Shown here: piece by piece, positions 12,699 to 24,989 of the stretch
Position numbering within the stretch: the stretch's first letter is position 1
Layout of the letters: every line of letters starts with the position of its first letter
Assembly (NCBI RefSeq): GCF_026210795.1
Contig: NC_089435.1
Coordinates: 3,782,001-3,846,000 of the forward strand
Source of the DNA: Rhizophagus irregularis
Lineage: Eukaryota
Length of the DNA stretch: 64,000 nt
Reading direction: 5' to 3'
The notes under the pieces: generated by a model
Told to the model about the DNA's origin: nothing
What the model saw: only the letters and a program-made list of their open reading frames with translations
The model's database searches: none
Position numbers and translations under genes: made by a program

Positions 12699-15610
12699 AT
12701 GGCTCATTCAAGCGACCTAACGTATTTAAGTATGTCATTATTATTTATATTTTCCTTCTCCTCCTTTTTATCTTCAACTAATGAATTCTTATTAATCTTA
12801 TTTATCATTGTCATTAAATAGCTCGTGCGGTATTCATCTGTTGGACTTTTCTTTGGTTCTTGCAACATGTATGGAATATTGACCGATTTGAAGCGTTAAA
12901 ATGGGGACGTGTTAAAAAACACGATTTGGTAAGTTAAATTAAATCCACTTTTCTTTTTTATCCTCAGCCGCAGAAAAATTTTTAGACTAATCACGTGATA
13001 AAAAATTATTATAGAAATCTGCGATCACGGTATTATTAGTTATTATGTGTCCATTACAAGCTTATTATGATATTTCAACATCAATCATTAAATATAAAGA
13101 AGGTTATATAGTGAATCCGTTAAACGGTGAGATTGTTATGAAACCAAATGAGTATTATAGTGAAAGTAATAAAAAATTGCTTGTTCCAACGAATTATGTT
13201 CTTTGCGCTAATTTTAGTTTACAAACGTAAGTATAATTAAATATTTTTTATTTTATTTATTTTCTACTTACTTATTTATTCATTTATTTTATTTTTATTT
13301 TATTATAGTTGTTTGTTATTCTTGCTTCAATCATTTTGGAATTATCTTGCTAAAAGTTTAGCAAAATCCTCTTTTATGGGAAGTTTCGAATTCAAATCAT
13401 ACATAATATACGCAATATTTAGTATTTTCATTTTTCCTTTATTACAACACTTTTTTCGAAGTAATCCTCTTTATACTGAAATAATGCCTCAATTAGCTTA
13501 CTCTATATTCATGCTTTTGATCGCACTTTTTGGATTAAGATCTCATAAAAGATTCACAAATTTATTGGCAGTAACGAGAAAGTCAAGCGCATCACAAATT
13601 AATATTATATTAAAATTAGAATATTTTAGAGATATGAATAGATATTTAACTTGGAGTCTTTTCATCGGTTCAATATCATTATTGACTCTTTGTATTGATG
13701 GTTTAACTACTGAGAAATATCTTAATGTTCATAAATTTTCTGCTGACCTTTTAATGTGTCATGTTAGTTTTTCACTTTGGCTTGTATTTGTTATTTTAAT
13801 GTTAATATTTTATCCTTCTACGAGTACAGTTAGTGATTCTGTTACATTAGCAAAAGCTGTTTCATTTTCTAATGCAAAGAGATCAATAAAGGATGATTTA
13901 CCTGAACCTCCAACTCCACAATGGTTAAGATCACAGAATCTTGATGGTAGTCAATGGTCTTCAGTAGTTTCTTCACAACAATCAAATTCTCAAGTTGATA
14001 ATAATAGTTGTACTGTTGAAATATTTGAGGAATTACCTCCTCCTCCTCCAATAATGTCTTATCATGAAAGAAAATCAAATTCTTTAGATATTCCACTTAC
14101 TCCTCCTTCTCCTTATCGTCCTTATACTTCAATTCCTCCTATTAATCCTCCACCTCCTCCATTACCATCATCATCAACAACAACACCACTACCAAAAACT
14201 AAGTTGACAATATCAACGACAAATCCTCAACAAAAAATGCCTTCAATTGCAACAACACATTTAACAAATTCTCCTACTTCTCCTATTAAACTATCGAATA
14301 AATTAGAAAAATTAAAGTACCCTTCTTCCCCTATAATATCAAGAAATAATAGTTGTGATAATATTAATGATAATATTAATAATAATAATAGTTCTTTAAT
14401 TAATTCTACACCTACTTATCCTCAATATTCTATTGCAAACGTTCCAATCATTTCACCTTTACCAATTAAAAATTTCGTTAGTTCTGTATTAGATGATAAA
14501 CCTAGTATACCAATGAAATCTACAAGAAGACCTTCAGTAACATCAATTGATAATTCTCCAGTAATTAGGATTACAACTTCTACAAATTCTTTGAGATCAA
14601 TGAATTCAATTACTCTTCCTTCATCTGATGAGGATGATAGAGAACCATCAACATTTAATAAGATTACAAATTTAGATACGAGAAAAGTTGCCCCTTTTAT
14701 GTACCAAGATGGACCTGTAGAACGAGAAACTTCAAGTTCTCCTTCATCAATTACCGTCGTTACAAATACTATAATAACTGAAGAAAAACAAGAATCATCT
14801 AGAAAACAACAACAGCCATTGAATTCATCAACAGAAGTTTCAAGTTTACAACAAAACTCATTTTCACCTATTTTGAAAAATAATAAAAATAATAGAAATA
14901 ATAATAATAATAATAATAATAGCACTTCATCACCTTCAACAAAGGCTTCTCCTGTGATAAAATCATCTCCAGTACCTAACACATCACGACCACCTTTAAC
15001 GTCCAATAAACCATATCAAAGTTCACCTCTTGGTAGAAGTGGTAGGGGAATGAATGGAATTACGAATTCCTCTTCCTCATCTTCCACAGTTAAAAAATCA
15101 TCTCCTGCGCAAATTAACAATTTGAAAACTTCAAAAGTGAAAAGTAAGAATGGAAGCATTAATAATAGTACAAGTGGTGCAGCAAATAGTGTTAAGAATA
15201 GAAATAGTATCTTAAGTACAAGAAGTCGTTCAGATAGTATCATAAGTGTTGAAAATGGTAAAGTGAATTCTGATTCTGAGAAAAAAAGTGGGATAACTAG
15301 CGTTAAGAATAGCGTGAACAATATGAGAAATAGTATCATTGGGAACAGATCTAGGTCTAATAGTACTACAAGTGTTGGAACCAAAAATAGTGTAATAGGA
15401 AGAATAAGATCCGAAAATAATTCTTTTACTAGAAAAACAGCAGGAAGAGATCGATCTACAAGTTCTGCTAGCATTTCAAGTATTTCTAGTATTTCAAGTA
15501 CATCAAGTTCATCATCAAGTTCATCATCAAGTTCATCAAGTTCTAAAAATATTAAAAAGGTTATTAAAACGGGAGTAGGAAAAGTTAGAAGAAATAGTAG
15601 AGTATCATAA
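12699..15610 (+). CDS. Multi-pass (about 7 TM, GPCR-like topology) membrane protein with long Pro/Ser/Asn-rich disordered C-tail
   Basis: Exons 12699-12729, 12822-12928, 13015-13226 and 13309-15610 with GT-AG introns give an open frame MAHSSDLTYLTRAVFICWTFLWFL...; seven hydrophobic stretches end at FVILMLIFYP, followed by ~600 aa of low complexity. Confidence 0.82.
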
Positions 15611-15805
15611 AAAAAAAAAAACATATATATATATTTATTATTAGATTGATCATAAAAATTTTTTTATTTATAAAAAATTTTTTTAAAAAAAAAAAAAATT
15701 AACTTAGAAAAAAAAGAAAAATTGGTAGATTTAATTTTGCTTTAGGGTTTTTTTGTTTTTGTTTTGCGTAATTTTAGGTAATTTTAGGTTTAATTTGAGA
15801 AATAC

Positions 15806-15838
<33 letters not shown>

Positions 15839-17087
15839 TTTAATTTTATATACATATATATTATTATACACCATTTTGTAGATATTATTATTTAATGTTT
15901 TTTTTTAAAAAAAAAATTGGTCTAATAATGACCAAGTGTAATAAATTCAATATAATTAAATCATACAATGACAGTCCGATTCCTTGCATTTTTAATGAGA
16001 TAAAATAAAAAAACTTTGAATTCCTGTTTATTAGCGAATAAATTATAGTGCGAAACTAGTTAAGGAATCGTCGATAACTTATACACCGTATATCGCTTAG
16101 AAACAAATTTGTTACACAAAAATTTGTAGACGCACGCGTCCAGTACTCACTCCAGTTAAAAGTGGTCCTTCTTTTAACATAAATTTTATAATTTAAGAAG
16201 TGTGATTTTTTGTATTATTGACAAAACATATACAAATTCTTGGTAAGTTCATTGGCCGATTATAAGAGATTACTGATCGAAAACTCGGTTGAATTTTGGT
16301 CAATTTATCTTGGTGCCTTATTATACCGCCTTCAGTTCTAATCTTAGCATACTCATTTATCTGGCGGTTTTTTTATTTATACACAACTCTTTGGCCTAGC
16401 ATGTTCAAACCTACCAATCTCACTCATCTCGCATTCTTTTTATTTTTGCCCTATATTTTAGAGGTTCTGTCAAATTGCAGATATTTGTAATTTATATTCC
16501 TTCTGACCCAAATTTGAAGTCTCAAACCATCTCCCAATTATTGAATCTTCTGAATATTGTCAGAAAACAATTTTTGTCACGTTGTTTGTGGAAATTTTAA
16601 TACACCTGGTCTTAACTCGGCCAAAAATTATGAATTTTTGGACAAATTAAGTGTTACCTATTTTGAAATTCAAATGTTTGAATTTTTTGAGTATTAAAAT
16701 AATTTTATCACGAACAATTCAAAGATATTATTGGTTGATAATAAAATTCCAACCTACTTTATTGCTCAATATATATATTTGTAATGGTCAAAACCTGTTG
16801 ATACCCCTACTTCAGCAGGCAAGTAACTATTGAATCTTCAGGAACCTACTCTCACAAGTATGGTCTTGAACAACCAAAAGCTGTAATCGTTAAATATCAA
16901 TTATAATAATAAGCAAAGAAAAATTAGAAAAATTTTATTTTATTAGTTGATTGATGTGCAGAAAAGAATTACAATTATTAGCAATAAAATATATATATAT
17001 ATGTTTGTTCAATACATTAATACATTTGATTATTTGATTATCTACTAAAAATTTTTTTTCTCTTTATGTATATAAAATTGAACATTA

Positions 17088-17551
17088 TTAAACTATAGCA
17101 ACAAATATAGCAGCGACACCACAAAAGGCACCAATGGCAGTTTCAAATTTTAGGATTGAAGCACCTGCAGTATGAGTAGGTTGACCAGGAATAGTGGTAG
17201 TGGGAACAGAACTAGTTTCGGTAGTAGGTTGAGTTTTAGTTGAAACTTTATCCGATGATGATGAAGTAATTGTAGTAGTATCCGTAGTGATGGTAGTAGT
17301 TTTGGGATATAAAGTGTTTTGATGTATCGTTTTAATAACATTACATAATTTTAAGGAAAATTCATTTTGATTAACTTACCAGTATCTTTTTGAGGTTGAG
17401 AAGTAGTTGCAGTCCCGGTAGGTGTAATGGTGGTTACATACGTGGTAGTAACAATTGTTTCCGTTCCCGTTTGAACTTGTCCTTTAACCAATCCACCCAA
17501 AACGCCAAAGAGTACAACGATCAAGAAAGTAATAAACAATGAATTTCTCAT
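17088..17551 (-). CDS. Thr/Ser-rich secreted cell-surface protein with GPI-type C-terminus (splice acceptor not found)
   Basis: Exon 1 has signal peptide MRNSLFITFLIVVLFGVLGGLVKG, a Thr-rich stretch and a gtaagt donor at ~17379; the downstream frame reads VIKTIHQNTLYPKTTTITTDTT...HTAGASILKFETAIGAFCGVAAIFVAIV*. Confidence 0.72.
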
Positions 17552-18001
17552 TTTTTGTTTTTTTACGAATTTTTTAATGAAGTAAGTAAATAATATTATT
17601 TAACACGTAAAAAATTCTTCCTTGAAAGGATCAAAGAGATTTTAGAGATCTTTTAAATCATTTTTTTTTTTATCTCATAAGTCTCATAGTTACGCAATCA
17701 TGAAATAAAATTTGTAAATTGTAATTAATCAGACTATAATGAATATGACGAGTAACGATAATAATTCGATAAAATAAAAATAATAAGAGATCAATAGATC
17801 AATAAGTATGTCAGAATAATTGTGACTCCTCAAAAGTAACGTGAACTTCAAAAGAACATGTGTCTACTGCGTCTCCAAAACATAAAAGGTTGTGGTTTTT
17901 ATTTATATACATAAAACTATTTACATTATCAAAATTTCGTATTTGATAAAAATTTAAATACAAGTAATTCCGGTACGCAAGGATTAAAAATGCATAAAAA
18001 C

Positions 18002-18562
18002 TTATTTACAGTCTTTACAGTCCTTACTTTTATCTTTTATCTCATCTTTATTTTTTTCGTCCGTTTTAATAGTTAATATATCATCTCCTAAACCGTAATT
18101 AGCTATGGTTACTCCGATATAACCATTTCCCATTTCAGTCCTCCAAGTCATTTGGGGGAATAATTCTATTAAATGATTTTTTATTTGTTTTCTATAACTC
18201 TTTAATATAGAATAACCGTTGTTAATGGAACAGAGTCTTTGGTCGAACACTGCGCTCCCATCCTTAAGAATTTGAGGTCTTGTAAAACTACTATTATAAT
18301 ATTTTATATTTAAGGATGAGTTATCAAGAGTGGATATTCCATTCAACATGAGATCTTCTAGCGCTACAATGAAATCTTTAACTGCCTGTGAAGCAGTTTC
18401 CTGTACGCTTCTAGCAATTAATCGCGTTGTTTCAGTATCTCTCTTAAAAATAAATAAATGAATGAATAAATATATTTATAAATGATCTTAAAAAATAAGA
18501 ATAATAGTTTAAAAGTTGCTTACACTAAGTGGTAGCGTGGTTCTTCTTCTAGCAGGTGGCAT
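18002..18562 (-). CDS. Hypothetical protein, 2 exons (~160 aa)
   Basis: MPPARRRTTLPLS|gtaagc..taag|RDTETTRLIARSVQETASQAVKDFIVALEDLMLNG... joins in frame to ORF 18002-18349. Confidence 0.7.
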
Positions 18563-20885
18563 ATTTATAAATAAAGTTGTTACTACAAAGACTTGGTTGA
18601 TCGGTAAGTGTTAAAGATGAGAGTAACAAAAAAAATTACAAACAAATTCAGGTAAGTTTAAATAATTTTTTTGTTGAGATTATACAAATTCTCACACATC
18701 CACTTCCCTTCTTATACGGGGTTGTTTATATATACTGTAACCCTCAAATCATTAAACCATTAAAAGAAAAATTGAATATTAGATAACAGAAAGAAAGAAA
18801 AAAAGATTATAAATTTATAAACATCAACATGTGATTATTAATTAAACTAACTAAAAAATCGAGAAATCCACGAAAAAATAATCTCATAAAGTTTCCATAA
18901 TAAGGAGTTATTTGACGCGTTATAATCAGTTTAATATCATCATAGTAGTTATAGTAGTTTATTTTTATTTTACGATGGGAATTTTTAAGAACTCGTGTTC
19001 AAACTATGATAACTTGAATCATACTATTAAAGGATCATACTATAAAAAAAAATAATTTTCTCTATAATTCAAAAGCTCCCCGATCAAATAATACTTTTGA
19101 AAATCATAATTTCAAGTGTAAAAACCGGAAAACTGAAAAAATTGGAAAAAACTGGAAAAATCGTGAATCAAAGTATTTTTTTATGACGTATATCATTTTT
19201 ATTCTTAAATATTATTAATATTATTATTATAATTGCCTATCATCAATAAAGAAACGTATAAAAATAATTAAATTCTAATCTATATCCGAATTGTTTATTG
19301 TAAAAGTTCGAGATCCAGTCATCCAGTGGCGGTCTTGGCCGATCGACAAAGATTCATTGTAAAATTTAATTGGTTACATGTTTATTTTATTTAAGGTTTG
19401 GCGGAAAATACCTCTCAGAGTGCCAAGATTCCTTAAACAAATTGTTTAGACGGATTGTGTAACAAATGCAATAATCCAATAATTTCAACCTTTTAGATAT
19501 GGTTTTCCATATGGTTGTTACCCGATCCCACATGGCTTTGTCAGCTTTGTTAAGTCCGGTATATTTATTCCCTTTTTTTTCAAATACTTTTATTGAATCT
19601 ATAGATTTATTGGATGTCTCTTTGTTACTTATTATCAAAGTTTGAAACATTAAATTGTGCGAGTATCCCCTTTATATTTATCAATCGATTGTCCTTATTA
19701 TATTTTAAACCCATTTGAGGAAAATTTTTTTATTTTTAACAATTTCCATAAGATGACGGTCGCAGCATGGTTAGGGAGTAGGGACAAAAGGAGTTATTCA
19801 TTATACATACCAAATTTGATTAAATTCTTATAGGATACTTATCATTTTAATTATAACTACTTCTTTGGAAATATAACTAACGATGCTTGGTATAAAAATG
19901 CAAAATTTTTAATTAAGTTTGTTATTATTGTACTTCCTGTTCTCCGATTGAACGGAATATGAAACAATGCAGGTTTCTTGGCATTGTCGTACATCCCCCC
20001 GTTCTCTTAATAGAACAAAAAAAATAAATAAATAAATAAATAAAGGAAAAAAAAATTTGTCTAACAATTAAGTTTTGTGCCACTTGTGTTGCATTTGCGT
20101 AACTTTGTGATACCGAAAATTCTTTCTAATTTGGATTTGTTTTGCATATGTCGTTAAACCTATGACAAAAATACAAGTTTAGTACGTCATACTTTCTTAA
20201 TTATGATAAGAAAAAGAGTAAAGAATCGAGAGGAAATTTCTAAATTCTTATATCTATTACCCTTTTTAAAAAATAATTAAATTCTTCTTAAACTTTAATA
20301 TACATATTATATGCATATTAATTAATTTTTTTTTTTAAAAAAGTAAAATAATAAAATATTTATTTATAGTACAAAGATAATAATTTTTAGTTACAAATTT
20401 TTTTTTTTTACCCGCTTTTTCTATTATCTCAAAAAAAATTTAAATAGTTTCACAAAGTGATTATAAAATTGGTTAAAATGTAATTTATATCCATTGTACA
20501 TTTCAAATTTAAATAATTTTAAATAATAATAATATTATTTCAAACGCCGAATATAAAAATAAAATTTGTTCACGTGATTACATCTTTTTATTATCAACAA
20601 AGATAGACAATAAGATTTACTATAAATAATTTTATAGATCAATAAGGCTAAAACCAATTCCTCCTCAAATTGTTTCAAAAAATTCGAAACTAATTAAAAT
20701 TTATTTTTATCTTGAACATTATAAATACGATTAAAAAATTGGCCCCTATCCTCTCAAAAAAAAAATCATTTTTTTCATTTTTTCAAAAAAAAAAAATTCC
20801 TTACCCTTCTCAACAAAAAAATATCTTTTGATATAAATCTATTTTCATCCTTTTTTTTTATTATATTTTAAAACAAAAAGAAAAA

Positions 20886-21231
20886 ATGGTTAACACTAAA
20901 GTTGTCATACTTGTCACTTTATTCGTAGCTTTACTTGGTGTAATTCTTTCAGTTACTGCCGCTCCTGTGGATCGCGTAAATCGAAGAGGTAAATACATAT
21001 AATTAAAACTATTATTAAATAGTAGTTCTTTATTAATATTTTTGATTTATCAATATTTTAGTTTCCTTTGTTAAGCGTGAAGAAAAAAATCAAACAACTT
21101 TACAATCAGATTCAATTCCTGTCTCTTCAGATGGAGATGGTACACTTGAAGCATACAATCCTGATGATAAAGTTCCTAAAAATGTTACCGATAATGGCAA
21201 CAGTGCTGAAGGAGATAATGGTGGATTATAA
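20886..21231 (+). CDS. Small secreted protein (~90 aa) with RR/KR processing sites
   Basis: MVNTKVVILVTLFVALLGVILSVTAAPVDRVNRR, intron ~20989-21061, then VSFVKREEKNQTTLQSDSIPVSSDGDGTLEAYNPDDKVPKNVTDNGNSAEGDNGGL*. Confidence 0.8.
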
Positions 21232-23599
21232 AAGATCATATCCCTTAATAATTAAAATTACACATATAAAATTAATTTAATAAATTTTGTGTGGTTTTTT
21301 ATTATTTTCGTTTTATTATTCCACCCTATTTTTTTTCTTTATTTTTATTATGTATTTATATTAATTTTAAAAAAAAAGAGTTGACCTTTTTTTTTTTTGT
21401 AAAATTTTACATCCTTTCTAGAAAATTTTGTACTTAATAATAAAATTAAAAAAAAGATTTCTTGTTTTATAGAAATAACTATCAATTAACATAAAAAAAA
21501 GTTTACAACTTACAAGTGTGTAATATATTTGGTTCATTTCACGAAAATTTCTATTTCGATTCATGATAAGATCATAAACACTGATGATTTGGCCCGAATC
21601 AAATCTGACTTTCAAACACTCGACGATTTAATTAAACATTAATAAATCTTGTGAAAGTGTGAAAATTAGTAAATTGTAGTTTCATCGTTTCATAATGAGA
21701 AAATCAATATTAATAACAAGTGTGTCCTTAATGAGATAAATAAAATAATCAACCGGTCGACAATTTCCTACGATTCAATACCAGGACATCATCGTCTGTG
21801 AATAAGTCTGTAGGCTGTAGCGAAAAACATTGTAACGATCCATAAAACTTGTGAACGTGACGGTTTAATTAAGGTACGATGCTTTAAAAAAAATTTCTTT
21901 TTGTAATCGGACGTTTTTATAATCAGAGTCATCGCTTCGAATGATAAATTTAAAAATTCGTTCCCTTCATCTATGTAAAAAAATTTAACACTTGTCAATA
22001 TTCAGAAAATATTAAAATGTGCAAGGGCTTCCTACATTATATCAGTCCTTACCCCAGATAAGATTTTTTCAACCAATAATATTCAATAATATATATATTA
22101 TTAAATTTAAACCAATAAAAATACGCTTAACCTTAATCATTTTTTTTTTTTCTAAATTGAAAAAGACGAAACAGTCGAAACACCAATAAATTACTTATTA
22201 AAACCAATCCAATTGTTAGAAATTGTTTTCGTTGCTATTTTACTCAAATATGTGTTTGATATTAATATCCATTATTTGATAGCGATGCTTGCGCTTTCGA
22301 TAATCCAAAATCAGACTGAGAGATCAACATTGGATTATATTATTCAAGTACTGTATATCAATATATCAAGATTGATGTAATGAAATATTCAATGCATAAT
22401 ATGACTAATGTAAAAAAATGTAAATTCCATATCCGTATAAGGTATTTTTTTTTTATGATTAATTTAAATAATAAATTATATAAAGAATAAAAGAGAAAAA
22501 AGAAAAAAGTAAGTTGCGCGTGAAAGAATAAATGTGTAACATAGTAAAATATATTTTATCTTTAACAAAATAGAGTGCAATCAAAAAAAAAAAGTTATAA
22601 AATTAAAGTTTTGTAAATCATGTATTACAGACAATTTTAAAAAAATTTTAAAAACCCTCAAAAATACACAACAGATTAAATCTCGATTTGATCATGTACA
22701 TTAGAGAGATATTGATGACTTCTATTTGTCACGCATATGCATAATATATGCAGTACATTTTTATTGGCAAAAGAACTCTATTTTTTCTTTTTCTTTTTCT
22801 TTTTTTAAAATAAGATCCAGTTGAAGATAGCACAATTATTAATTTGAAACTGAAGTTGAATAAAAAAGATGTTTAAAATGATTTAGATAATATTGAATCA
22901 GAATAGTATAAAACTTTATCTTTGGTATTATTTCGACAAGAATCTATTTTACTTCGAATGTATTAAATATTCGAAGGTAAATATAAATTACCTTACTTTA
23001 CGATGTGAATTCGATATAATAATTTTATCCGAATGGTTAACTCTTTACAATAGTGATAATATTCTATCAATATATAACAAAGAGTATAAATAAATTAACC
23101 GGACTATCTACTTTAATGTAAAGCCACTATTTACTAATGTAAATCCACTAAAATACGACTGCTTCACCTTGTAAACGGTATGCAAGCATTTATTTTTTGT
23201 ATGCCAGGGTTGTACCCCAGCTTACTAGATTGTGGCGCAACAAAAATCATAAAAAGAAATTTTTTTTTCTAAATAAATTGTTGTTAAAAGTTACTAGCTA
23301 GGTATAATTTTTGCTGCTCTGCAAGTTTACTTAGAGTGACAAAGGCAGTTTTAAATATCGTTATCGACTTATTTGACAAAAATTTTTTCTTTCGCTAAAT
23401 CTATTTTGGAAATGATCAAAATCAATCATTTATATGCAAAGTCAAAATCGACATTCAAAACCTTTTTCCGAATCCTAAGTAGAGCAGGTGAAATTATAAC
23501 TACATTGTAAGTTTAAAAGCTTTTATGCCAAAGAAAAAAAAATCCTTAATGCCCTTTTTTTGAAAATTGCCGCGCCACGAACCTGGCACTCAAAAAAGT

Positions 23600-24000
23600 G
23601 GTGCAGACAGAATCGGGCACTTGAATATTGCCTCACTAGTATTTGAATTCATTATGTTAGTGTTCGAATCTATAGTATTTTTATCATGCCCATTTCCCGA
23701 AATCATTTCCTTAGAAATAACTGTTACCTCTGCCAACATCTCTGGCTTAATTTTGCTATCTCAGCTTTAAGATCAACATTCTCGAGTTTAGCGGTAACTG
23801 CATTAGTTTTCTCAAGCTCCACGATTACGGCATTAAGTTTGCTAATCTTAACTGAATAATCCGCTATAGTTTTCTCCAGCTCATCGCTTCTGGCAAACTT
23901 TAGTAGTAACTTCTCTCTAAGTTCAGCATTCTCCTTCCTAAGTTTGGCAATTTCAGCTAAGAGCTTGACATTTAATTCTCTTAGTGAATCAGTGGATTGC
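23600..24000 (-). pseudogene. Degraded coiled-coil protein, probably from a repeated Glomeromycotina family
   Basis: Minus frame QSTDSLRELNVKLLAEIAKLRKENAELREKLL...KLENVDLKAEIAKL; no clean start/stop; family assignment is from recollection. Confidence 0.45.
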
Positions 24001-24989
24001 TTGTTTGATAATATTTTTTATACAAGGTGGTATAATTCAAAAGTTCGTTAGCATAGATAAAAAACGAGGTAATATCCTCATCGGAATTATTGTTTTATTG
24101 ATATAGAAAATAAATTACAAGTTTCGGTAATACAATCTTATTTACAAAGTGAAATAGAGTTTCTATATTAATGCCTGCTGATGTTTTGTTCATATTAGCT
24201 ATTTATATCACATCCCAACATTAACTCTAATCCGATTTCATTTGTCCCCAAAATCGATATTCTGGATATAATAAAATGGTCGTCAGTTATGTGTGCATAG
24301 AACATGCAGATTTCAGAAATAAATTAACAGCATTTACCTTAGTAAAACTCATCTTCACTTAGTACTTTTTTAAAAAAAATTGAAAAACTAAGAAAAATAT
24401 ATGTGAAGTAGAAAGTTTATGTTCCCTGCCTAATAAGGTCCTGAGCAAAAAAATAGATATTAGCCTTCGCAAGCTCTGAATCGCTTCCTTGTCCGTACTT
24501 CAATAATTTTCTCGTCAACACTTCTTTCAAACTACGAGTAAACAAAAAAGGGAAAATCTTTACATCATAGAGCGTTACTGCGCTTTATTAATTTATTTTC
24601 AATTAGTCAATACGGGGTCGTGTACATCACGTGATCTAACACTGGCTACATACAAATGGGCGTACAGCCACTCGTGCGACCTAAAAATTACGTAACATTA
24701 ATTACCTTTTTTTAATAAATACCCTGAGAATTCGAAAATCTAATTAATCATTTTTTTTTTCATGTACTGATAACTTTTTTTACTATGCTTATAATGTATC
24801 TATATTATTTACTGTATTACGTCACTACAAGCCACCAAAAGTTTATGCAAGAGTCTATCAATCTATAGTCACGATGTATTCAGAAAGGTATATAAAGTGT
24901 ATATATACCTTAGACTTCTCTCAAACTTTCTCTAATTTTCTTAATTTTCTTGAAACTTTTCTAAAGACTAATCGCTTCGCAGGAACAAA

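Noticed and set aside
14422..15624. Antisense ORFs of 194 and 202 aa
   Set aside because: Reverse-strand shadows of the Ser/Asn-rich tail of the 7TM gene
16140..16900. Possible decayed gene fragments here and at ~19300-20000
   Set aside because: Coding-like composition, but no recognisable motif or consistent frame
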